This document shows, piece by piece, positions 47,947 through 56,030 of a DNA stretch of 64,000 bases (position 1 is the first letter of the stretch; every line of letters begins with the position of its first letter). Under the pieces are notes generated by a model. The model was not told where the DNA came from. It did no database searches and saw only the letters and a program-made list of their open reading frames with translations. Position numbers and translations under genes: made by a program. This stretch comes from Candidatus Melainabacteria bacterium 17Bon1m (GTDB lineage: Bacteria; Cyanobacteriota; Vampirovibrionia; Obscuribacterales; Obscuribacteraceae): NCBI GenBank assembly GCA_032128875.1, contig JAVLKG010000017.1, forward strand, positions 14,890 to 78,889, given 5' to 3'.

Positions 47947-47984
47947 ACGCCGGCGCTGATTCAGTTCAGCGCCGGCGTTTTTTT
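47947..47984 (+). terminator. Strong intrinsic terminator
   Basis: ACGCCGGCGCTGA/TCAGCGCCGGCGT plus a T-run. Confidence 0.85.
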
Positions 47985-48010
47985 GAGCAACTTTTGCTCA
48001 ACACGTTTTA

Positions 48011-49126
48011 TCAATATCGCCAGTAATCGGCTATCGATTCAATCTTATTGTCGATGGCTGCTAGCTCTCCATGAATCTCGAACAGGTCATGCATTGCGTG
48101 CGCAACCAAGGCATTTAGATTGCCAAATACAGATGCCGGAAACATTTCCAACGTATCTAGATGTTCAAGGAAATATTCCAATCTGAAAATGAGTGCTGTC
48201 AGATCATGCCAGTGAACACTATTTTTAGGCATTCTGCTCCTGTAAAACCGCGCAAAGGCAATGAGCTTTTTTAAGCTCGTTTCGACGATCCAATGAAAGC
48301 TTAAGAACGAGGTCAACTCCGGATCAAGTTCTAGATCCGGCAGAAAATCCTGAAACGGAAAGCCGATTTGAGTACTAGTGCCAAAGTTCAAAGGCTGAAA
48401 TTGAGGCAGCAAAGTCGCTGATTCTAGAATCCCCGATGGCAGCTTGGTCTGAGCGTAGTCAAATTGCTTTTGAAGCGCTAGATATCCGGCATTTGCCTCA
48501 TTAACCCAATTCATAAGGCCGTTTTGATGTGCAAGATCCCTGGCAAAGTCCAAAGTCTGCAAGTTTGCTCCAAGGACACTCAAGTCGGGAAGCCGATTGG
48601 CAGCAAGAATTGCGTGTGAGGGCAATATGTCCAGTTGGGCTAAACCAACAGGAGGGCTAGGTACCCAGGCTTCCCAGAGTGCTGGTTTCATTTGTTCCAC
48701 AAGTAGTCTTTGTGACTTTTCTGCTGCACTTTGTTGCGCTGCAATTGCCTCAAGCATTGGATCTCGATAGGAGACCAATTGAGGAATTGGCATGACTAAT
48801 CGAGCCGCGTCTTGCTGGAGGCGCATCTGCACTTCAGGAATCTGCATTATCATTCGCGAATGGTCCACCACAAGCGAGCGACTTAGCTCTGCAAAATCGA
48901 AACCAACTCCAATTCGTGGGGGTTGTATAGCGGCTACAGTTCGAGCCATGTCGTCTGCAATTCTGGCTGCTTGCGTCATTGGCCATTGATCGATATCCAT
49001 TGCCAATCCGTGCAGTGCATTAGCAGGTGACTTTCTCGATTTAGGACTGGTCTGCTTGCCTGGCTCTTTTGCAACGCTGGAAGCGGTTGTTACAGCTTTT
49101 TCAACGCTTTTTTCCGCTTCGATCAT
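48011..49126 (-). CDS. Hypothetical protein (Gln/Ala/Pro-rich)
   Basis: 371-aa ORF with RBS; no family recognised. Confidence 0.65.
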   Translation of the reverse strand: MIEAEKSVEKAVTTASSVAKEPGKQTSPKSRKSPANALHGLAMDIDQWPMTQAARIADDMARTVAAIQPPRIGVGFDFAELSRSLVVDHSRMIMQIPEVQMRLQQDAARLVMPIPQLVSYRDPMLEAIAAQQSAAEKSQRLLVEQMKPALWEAWVPSPPVGLAQLDILPSHAILAANRLPDLSVLGANLQTLDFARDLAHQNGLMNWVNEANAGYLALQKQFDYAQTKLPSGILESATLLPQFQPLNFGTSTQIGFPFQDFLPDLELDPELTSFLSFHWIVETSLKKLIAFARFYRSRMPKNSVHWHDLTALIFRLEYFLEHLDTLEMFPASVFGNLNALVAHAMHDLFEIHGELAAIDNKIESIADYWRY

Positions 49127-49264
49127 AGTCTCTTTCCCATTTTGTTCTCAATTTGGATCATATCAACCGGATAGATTCTTTCCAGTCTTAATTCACCCGA
49201 AGACGATCAACTTGGGGGTTAGTTTCCAGATCTTATACAAATGCGAAAGACAGTAAAGACAGCA

Positions 49265-49723
49265 TTAGCTCTGCTGTTGAATCTGTCTATCTATCTTAAA
49301 TACATCATTTTTAGACAACGTTTTTGCATACGAAAAATACGCGTGCAAGTCGAATGTGCAGGCGGAGCCGTCTGACGGTTCGCAAAGTTCACCGCGGACG
49401 ATGTTCAAATTGCATCCGGGGCATCTGACCGACAGATGTGGATCGTTGGGACCATTTCCAAAAAAACGAAATCCAAAAGCTTTGAGGCGTTTAGCTTTGG
49501 TAACGGCCGTTCCCTTTAGCTTATCTCCGGCATCCATTCGATTCATAGCATCTTCGTGAGTGATTAGACTCAAGCGCCAAAGCGAGATTCCTGAATGGGA
49601 CCGCATGATCCTGCAAAAGTCTTTCGGTCCCAACTTTCCAAACGACCATGTTTGATTTGGAAAGCGTGTGTAGATGCGAATCAAATCTTCGTCGTCACCG
49701 ACATCGATTTCGACGATCGCCAT
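49265..49723 (-). CDS. Hypothetical protein, possible RES/ADP-ribosyltransferase-like fold with Cys cluster
   Basis: LIR...F......GISLWR...DPHLSV pattern; CPGC...C...C. Confidence 0.5.
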   Translation of the reverse strand: MAIVEIDVGDDEDLIRIYTRFPNQTWSFGKLGPKDFCRIMRSHSGISLWRLSLITHEDAMNRMDAGDKLKGTAVTKAKRLKAFGFRFFGNGPNDPHLSVRCPGCNLNIVRGELCEPSDGSACTFDLHAYFSYAKTLSKNDVFKIDRQIQQQS

Positions 49724-49729
49724 TGATTC

Positions 49730-50104
49730 CTACGCCACCAATTTCTTGAGTGTGCACGGTACATTTCTTCGCTCGATAAGCTCTTGCTTAAGCTCCATCG
49801 TCAAGCGAGCAGTAAATTTCTCGTCGCCGAAAATAATGTCGAAGCTTGTGTCATCAAAGTCCCAAGTCAAACCGATATCGCCTTCTGGACCAAGCCAAAC
49901 ATCCGGCACTGGAATATTAGGAAATCCAGCTAACTGCCTAATAATCCGAAACTCGTTTTTGGCTATCTCGAAAAGTGCGTCTGAGGGAGCTATTTCGTCT
50001 GGAGAAGGAAAGGCTTTTGATTCTTCGCGCAATAGATCCAACTTCTGGCAAATTTCGTCATACCAGTCAGTTGCTTGTTCCTGTTTTTCTATTGTGTGAG
50101 CCAT
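49730..50104 (-). CDS. Acidic hypothetical protein, possible antitoxin-like partner
   Basis: P.PDVWLGPEGDIGLTW motif; 6 nt upstream of 49723. Confidence 0.55.
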   Translation of the reverse strand: MAHTIEKQEQATDWYDEICQKLDLLREESKAFPSPDEIAPSDALFEIAKNEFRIIRQLAGFPNIPVPDVWLGPEGDIGLTWDFDDTSFDIIFGDEKFTARLTMELKQELIERRNVPCTLKKLVA

Positions 50105-50239
50105 TTGAATTCTTTCTGTCTACGGTCTATATGACGACGTTATACCCCAAAAGTACCCAAAAATCGAGCTTTTTTACACACTGCCATTGTATCCAGCCCC
50201 AGTGTAACTTCTGATTTGTCCGCTCTTTTTATCAATGGG

Positions 50240-50554
50240 CTAGGGATGTGGCGTGATTGCAATGATAGTGATGGTGCTGACTGCGTCTGGAGATGCTTTG
50301 AGTGGATAGTAACACCAAAAGATCCGATAGGCTGCTGGAGTCTGGTTTTCAGCGTAAGCTTCAAAAACTTCAGCGCCATTCGGACCTGTTAGCGAATCGT
50401 ACTTGTGGGTTTTGAGACTGGGATAAGTAGGATCTTGCGATAGAAAGTTCAAAGCCTTCTTTACCGCTTTAAACCTCTTTTCTAGACTTTTGTCTTTGCT
50501 TAGATCTTCAAACTGTTTCTGAGCTTCAGCGGTGTATTTAAGCTCGAAAGGCAA
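50240..50554 (-). CDS. RelE-superfamily type II toxin
   Basis: LKYTAEAQKQF...VKKAL..L..DP.YPSLKTHKY...FEAY.EN.TP.AYRIFW.Y...ITIIAITPHP. Confidence 0.85.
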   Translation of the reverse strand: MPFELKYTAEAQKQFEDLSKDKSLEKRFKAVKKALNFLSQDPTYPSLKTHKYDSLTGPNGAEVFEAYAENQTPAAYRIFWCYYPLKASPDAVSTITIIAITPHP

Positions 50555-50833
50555 TTATTCATCCTCGTCTTCGATTGGTCCTAAGTCGATATTGACCAGC
50601 TCTCCGGCTTCCGCTTGCGCGATGCCGCGTTGGATCGACGCCATTCGCTCAGGGTTTTCGTAGATCCATGCTTCGTATGCTGGAACTGTTTTAACGGGGT
50701 CGAGCAAGATTTGCCCGGCTTCGTTTTTCATAACCTTGTAGCGAACTCCTGGGGCCGTTTGAACTGCGGTGCCCAAGCTGATTCGTCTCTTTTTGTCTGG
50801 TGCTGTTTCGTTTCCTGTATCTGTCCAATTCAT
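50555..50833 (-). CDS. Cognate antitoxin (AbrB-like N-terminus)
   Basis: DKKRRISLG...YKV....GQILLDP and SIQRGIAQAEAG; abuts the toxin gene. Confidence 0.8.
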   Translation of the reverse strand: MNWTDTGNETAPDKKRRISLGTAVQTAPGVRYKVMKNEAGQILLDPVKTVPAYEAWIYENPERMASIQRGIAQAEAGELVNIDLGPIEDEDE

Positions 50834-51094
50834 AGGGGCTTTCCTCGCAGACTGCTATTAGATATATCAAAAGTGGGACAATCCCACAAGGGGGACCTTC
50901 CCACAGGGCGAAATGTTCCCAGCAGTCGTTGCGCGGAGGTCTGCATTTACCTACAAAATCAGCCGATCCGAAGCGGAACGCTTTGGACTACCATTTGTCG
51001 AAATAGAACAAATCGCGGCGCCCGGACGCTCCTCGAGGTGCGCTAGCACTCCCGGCGCTGAAGTGGAACTGAAGCGCAACGGACGCCACGCAGT

Positions 51095-51190
51095 GCCGTA
51101 AGGCAGGATAAAAGGTGATCCGATTTTGTCTGTATTGCTCATAATTTAACCGTTTTGCTTGCCGGAGCCAGGGAAAATTTTGTCTGTATT
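51095..51190 (-). other. Putative origin of transfer (MOBP-type nic site)
   Basis: Minus strand reads TCACCTTTTATCCTG^CC (core at 51103-51110), matching the RP4/T-border YATCCTG^Y consensus. 14-bp direct repeat ATTTTGTCTGTATT at 51123-51136 and 51177-51190. Confidence 0.6.
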
Positions 51191-51322
51191 TATACGAAAT
51201 TGGTCAAAGCTCTTGTACTTATTGAGTTTATACGTCCGAAGTTTTAAGTAATTTCTGCAAGCGGCCTCAGCCGATGTGTTTGCCTCACGTCAAAGAAACT
51301 GCGCTTTGGGAAAAATAGGTGT

Positions 51323-52954
51323 ATGCCGAACGATCCAAGTGACCAACTGCAGCAGTCTATTGAGCGCCCCGAAAGTGACGCTTTGAATACTCCCGATGTT
51401 CAATCTGTTTGTAATGCTGATGCCAGCCAGATCAGGGAAATTCAACTCCTAAATCCGGATAAGCATGATGGGAGTGCCGGCGGCAAAAAAGACGATAGTT
51501 TGCGCATTGAATCCGACGGCAAGGTGATTGCCGCAAGAGGTTTTGTAGCTTCGACTCCGCAGGACAGCATCAGTCTTTACGAGCTAAGAGATTTAGCAGA
51601 TAAACCCACTGGTGGTTACCCATGGGCCCAAGATTGTTTGAAGAAGTGGGAGGCTGCTCAACAATTGCCTGAAGGAGCAGCGCGAGAGAATGCGCTAGCT
51701 GTCGCACAAGATATGGCAGATCTAATGGCGAGACGTGGTCCTTACGCTCTCAAGGATGGTTTTTCAAAAGGAAGCGCTCATTTACCAGTGGACGGTCAAC
51801 TAGCATATGCAGATGGCCTTAACCATGAAAAGACTCACAAACTCACAGATTCATATTCACTGGCCCTTTGTACAGCAATGGGTCAAGCGCGTGATTTAGG
51901 CGAAGCGCAGCAAATTCAGGCGCAAGTGTCGATTGACTATATGACCAAGAAAGGCGAAGAGGCATTGGCTGCGTTACAGGCAAATGAACTGGATAAAACC
52001 GATTCGCCACTTGTCGCATGGAGCACTGTGGAGCTACCCAAAGAGATAGGGGTGGGCGAGAACGTTGAAATTCGCCTGGACGCCACAAATGCTGTTGAGA
52101 TCGAGCAAGATGCGTTGGCTCAGAAGCCTTTGGAAAAGTACTACCTTGAACATCCGGAAGCTGCTCCCATACAGATTCCCAAAGTGAATGTGGGTGAGGT
52201 GGCAGGTATAGCAGTACAAAGTACTGCTGAGTCAATGGATCAGGCTCTGCGTGCCATCAGGCTTGCAGACAAAGCTACTTATCGAAGTCTTGATTATCCG
52301 GCTTGCCAGGATGCCATGGAAAAGTTTCCCGATCTGAAACACTACGGCGTGAATGAGAAGGTTATCGCCGCGATTATTCTGAATGAGCTTGTTCACCGAG
52401 GCGGCGATGATGATGACGAGGACAATCAGATCCGTAAAAACGGTCATGTTCTTAATTCCGATGGTTCTGAGGACATAAAGGCGTCGATTGGCCCTGCTCA
52501 AATACAAGTCCAAAATATTCACAGGTTGGCAGAGAAGTATCCTCAACTAAGCTTGTACAACTCAGACGCGTCGCGCGCTGCCTTAGAGCCATCTATCGCA
52601 CCTTATTTTGTTGCCGCGTATTTGCAAGAACGCATGGAAGCGTTCTCTGCACACGACAAAGCGAACCCGACAGAGCAGACACCAAAGTGTTTTGAGTCTC
52701 TCCTCTACACATATAACCCGGACGTTGTCTCGAAAGTAAGAAATTCAGCCGCTGGCATTCACGAAAATGAATACAGAGAAATCAGTGCATCCGAAAAGAT
52801 TGAGGAGAAGTTGACAGGGCACAGAGCAGGCTCTCTGACCGGCTGGAAAAGCGAGTCTTATCCGCGCAACCTGATAATTCTTCAAAAATCTGGTGTTGTA
52901 AAAACAATCAAACAGACCATACAGGCAGTCGAAACTCATTTTCGAGGCAAATAG
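51323..52954 (+). CDS. Large protein with C-terminal lysozyme/lytic-transglycosylase-like domain
   Basis: VIAAIILNE...SIGPAQI...VAAYL...TYN pattern; acidic low-complexity N-terminus with no Sec signal. Confidence 0.6.
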   Translation: MPNDPSDQLQQSIERPESDALNTPDVQSVCNADASQIREIQLLNPDKHDGSAGGKKDDSLRIESDGKVIAARGFVASTPQDSISLYELRDLADKPTGGYPWAQDCLKKWEAAQQLPEGAARENALAVAQDMADLMARRGPYALKDGFSKGSAHLPVDGQLAYADGLNHEKTHKLTDSYSLALCTAMGQARDLGEAQQIQAQVSIDYMTKKGEEALAALQANELDKTDSPLVAWSTVELPKEIGVGENVEIRLDATNAVEIEQDALAQKPLEKYYLEHPEAAPIQIPKVNVGEVAGIAVQSTAESMDQALRAIRLADKATYRSLDYPACQDAMEKFPDLKHYGVNEKVIAAIILNELVHRGGDDDDEDNQIRKNGHVLNSDGSEDIKASIGPAQIQVQNIHRLAEKYPQLSLYNSDASRAALEPSIAPYFVAAYLQERMEAFSAHDKANPTEQTPKCFESLLYTYNPDVVSKVRNSAAGIHENEYREISASEKIEEKLTGHRAGSLTGWKSESYPRNLIILQKSGVVKTIKQTIQAVETHFRGK

Positions 52955-53169
52955 CTTTTTCGAGCCCAAATGATCAAAAGAGCGATAGTCAAGCCGACTA
53001 TGCCAGCCGTCAGTCCCCAACTAGTTGCATAACTAACTAGAAGCCTGTCGAGTTGCTGGCTATCGTCGCTCCTGATGTGGTTTACCTTAACCAGCACCCC
53101 CGCCAGCGTAAAGAAAATGAACGGAATGAGGAAAGATGCAATAAGAATCAAAAGTTTTGTCGCAGTCAT
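52936..53169 (-). CDS. Small two-TM membrane protein
   Basis: Two hydrophobic helices in 77 aa. Confidence 0.5.
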   Translation of the reverse strand: MTATKLLILIASFLIPFIFFTLAGVLVKVNHIRSDDSQQLDRLLVSYATSWGLTAGIVGLTIALLIIWARKSYLPRK

Positions 53170-53366
53170 AAATGCAAGACTTCAGTCACATACTTTGAAC
53201 AGTATAAGCGTTCGGCAAAGTCAGAAGAACAACAATCCGAATTCCAGTAGACGCATAGTCAGCTGGCGGTTTTGCCAACCGAGCGGCGAAAATGTAGATT
53301 GGGAGTTATCCGGGAATTCGTTTATGATGGCAACAGATAGGCTTTTTAGCGCCGGAGATTGTCAAA

Positions 53367-53804
53367 ATGCCAAAACTCAGAGGAAGCCGTACTGCCGAAA
53401 TTAGAACCTGGTTGACTGCCGATGACATGTTCAAGCTAAAGCAACTAGCTAGAGCTCGCGGCATGAAAGACACTGATTTTGCACGAGAGGCATTGCTCAC
53501 ATATTTGCTCAATTATGAGGCTGAACAAAGGGACAAACTTGAGACGGTTTATGCGCAACAACTCAAAGCATCAACTGATGAAGTCGTCTCTGTCATCAAA
53601 GCTGGAGTGAATCGAATCTGTGCCTTGCTGGCTAAAAATGCTGTTCAATCTCTAGCGTCCAACAAATTCTTGTCTCGGCTGGAAGATACGGAAGACATGA
53701 TGAAGGAGTGTCAGGGCGCGGCCGCAAAGCAGATACACGAGCAACTGAGCAAAGAAGAGAGCGCGGTAGCGCAGCAGATGTCTGGAAAAATCACCAAGAG
53801 GTAG
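53367..53804 (+). CDS. Relaxosome accessory RHH protein (MobC-like)
   Basis: RTAEIRTWLT......LKQLA..RG....DFAREAL; directly upstream of the relaxase. Confidence 0.75.
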   Translation: MPKLRGSRTAEIRTWLTADDMFKLKQLARARGMKDTDFAREALLTYLLNYEAEQRDKLETVYAQQLKASTDEVVSVIKAGVNRICALLAKNAVQSLASNKFLSRLEDTEDMMKECQGAAAKQIHEQLSKEESAVAQQMSGKITKR

Positions 53805-53810
53805 CCTCTT

Positions 53811-55175
53811 GTGACCAGGTCGGTTGTAAAACACAGCTACATCAAAGCGGCAAACAAAGGTCGTGGTCGAGCAAAGGCGCACATCAACTACATTCGCTTT
53901 CGTCCAGGCAAAGACGAGAACGAAGTCAATCGAAGCTTTTTTACTGATCGAGCTGACGGTTTTACTGCCAACGATGTCCATCGAGCGATCGATCAGCAAG
54001 AAAACCGTGGCGTTTTGATGCACAAGCTGATCCTGTCGCCGGGCGTTAAAGAGGCAAATGTCCAGCAGTTCGTTCGAGAGACTATGACTGAGTTAGGCAG
54101 GTCCAAAGGTTTGGATTTGGAGTGGTATGCAGTTGAGCACCAGAACACGGCGAATCCTCACGCACACGTTGTAGTCATGGCTACCGACAAGAAAGGACGG
54201 CAAGTGCGTTTGCGACGTCCTGATTACACGAAGGTGAAAGAGGTTGGAGACGAATACCTTGAGCGAAATCGCTTACTTGACCGATTTAAGGAGCATGAGC
54301 GTGTAAAAGGAAATGGCAGCAAAGAAGCCACGTCCAGGACATTGAAGGAACGACTAGTTGGGGCGTTAAAAGCTGCGAAAGAAGAGTTCAATAGAAAAAC
54401 TTTGAGAGCTCCGGAGCAGCAGAAAGCTGATCGCCTGGAGCTTCTGTTGGAGAGAGAAAAGGAGTCGCTGGGTGATATGCCTTCCACAGAAGAATTGGCC
54501 GGCAAGCGCTCAAGGCAGGAAGCGCGAGCCAAGAAAGCCAAGGAAATTGCATGGGAGTACTACTCAACTGAAATCAGGCTCAATTTTGCTGGCGCGTCTG
54601 TTGATTATAACTGGAACAGTTCGCTACTTGAATTGAAAAAACTGCAGCAGGAGTATTTGAAAGTTGGATCGTCTGTTCGGCAGCAGTTGACAGAAGATGA
54701 GTACAAAAGGCTAGATACATGGGTAAAGGATGGAAATTACCTGGAGAAACGGCTTTTTGCCCAAGCATTGGGTGTGAAAGATTTATCGCTTGATTTAGGA
54801 GCGGAGCAGAAATTGACCGTGACAAAAGCTTCCAGTCTGTCCGAATTAAATGGCGTCCGGAAAATGGACCGGAAAGGTGAAATCGTTCTGACTCCGGTAG
54901 AGGCAAAAGCTTTGGACTTGTGGATACGAGAGCAAGAAAGAGTAGAACCGATTACGATAAAAGTACCCGGAAAAGATGAAGAGGTTTTGTACGAAAAGTC
55001 TGATTCTCGTGAAGCGTTGGAATTTTTGGCAGACGAATATGAAGCTGGTGAGAAGTGGGCGCAGGGTATGAAGAAGAAAGAGTATTCGAAACTGAGATCT
55101 TGGATAAAAGAGAAACGGGCAGAAGAATTGGAGCAGAAACAGGCATCCTGGGAAGATGAGAAAGACAAAAGCTGA
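53811..55175 (+). CDS. Relaxase (MOBP/VirD2-like)
   Basis: AHINYI (motif I Tyr), HKLILSP (motif II) and EHQNTANPHAHVVV (3H motif). Confidence 0.92.
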   Translation: MTRSVVKHSYIKAANKGRGRAKAHINYIRFRPGKDENEVNRSFFTDRADGFTANDVHRAIDQQENRGVLMHKLILSPGVKEANVQQFVRETMTELGRSKGLDLEWYAVEHQNTANPHAHVVVMATDKKGRQVRLRRPDYTKVKEVGDEYLERNRLLDRFKEHERVKGNGSKEATSRTLKERLVGALKAAKEEFNRKTLRAPEQQKADRLELLLEREKESLGDMPSTEELAGKRSRQEARAKKAKEIAWEYYSTEIRLNFAGASVDYNWNSSLLELKKLQQEYLKVGSSVRQQLTEDEYKRLDTWVKDGNYLEKRLFAQALGVKDLSLDLGAEQKLTVTKASSLSELNGVRKMDRKGEIVLTPVEAKALDLWIREQERVEPITIKVPGKDEEVLYEKSDSREALEFLADEYEAGEKWAQGMKKKEYSKLRSWIKEKRAEELEQKQASWEDEKDKS

Positions 55176-55184
55176 GGCTTTGTT

Positions 55185-56030
55185 ATGACCGATCCCGAAA
55201 AGAGAAGAAAAAAGCCGAAAGTGCAAAAGTCGCTATCCAAAGAGCGGCAGACGCAAGTTTCCAGACCCAAGGAATTGCGCAGTAATTCTTCCGAAAAGTC
55301 GCAGATGCCAAAGGAACAGGCTTCTTTGAAATACGACTCTGGCAAGAAGAGCACTAATGACCGAAAGCTTGAAAACGCGAGTGAAGCCCGGCGGAAGAAT
55401 TCCGGCACAGGAAAGTACAAAACCGTTTCTGAAAAGTCTAAGCAGTTTGAAGGACAAGTTCGCGCCGGAAAAAAGGAAATTCTCAAAGAGCATCTAGAAC
55501 GCAAGGCGAAGCAGCGAGCTGATTTAACAGAGCAGAAAGCCAGCTTGCAGAAAGAAATCAAAGCGATGAATAAAATCGCTGAGGTTAGAGAGACCGTCGA
55601 TACCCAATACACAGCCAAGTACAGTTGCTGGGAATCTGCAATTTCGGTTGGTGCAAAAGGCGCGGCATCGACTGGGCTGAGAAAATTGGATCCGTCAATT
55701 GCGATCAATCTTGCCAGACAGCAGGCGGGTGCTTCGCTAAAAGCAAAACTTGAACCAAAGATTCAAGCGCAATTGGCGAAGATTGTTTCTTTTGCCCGTG
55801 ATCTGAAAATTGCCAATGTCAAAGCAGTGAAGGAGCCGGTTGTAGCGAAGGCTGGATCGATGCCAAAAGACCCAGCCGCAGCGTCGCAAAAGATTGTGAA
55901 CAGCAAACTGCGACAAAAGCTGAAGGACATGAAAGAAAGGGAAATGATGCGTGATCCCAACCGCAATCCGGGCAAGTTTGAAGAAGTCAATCTACCTGCG
56001 CGTGGTGTTGGTGGCGTAGGAGGCATGTAG
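55185..56030 (+). CDS. Highly basic, Lys-rich hypothetical protein in the mob operon
   Basis: 281-aa ORF between the relaxase and the coupling protein with minimal gaps. Confidence 0.65.
   Translation: MTDPEKRRKKPKVQKSLSKERQTQVSRPKELRSNSSEKSQMPKEQASLKYDSGKKSTNDRKLENASEARRKNSGTGKYKTVSEKSKQFEGQVRAGKKEILKEHLERKAKQRADLTEQKASLQKEIKAMNKIAEVRETVDTQYTAKYSCWESAISVGAKGAASTGLRKLDPSIAINLARQQAGASLKAKLEPKIQAQLAKIVSFARDLKIANVKAVKEPVVAKAGSMPKDPAAASQKIVNSKLRQKLKDMKEREMMRDPNRNPGKFEEVNLPARGVGGVGGM

Noticed and set aside
54737-55708. 323-aa minus-strand ORF
   Set aside because: Antisense shadow of the Lys/Glu-rich relaxase and 55185-56030 genes (Ser/Phe/Leu-rich)
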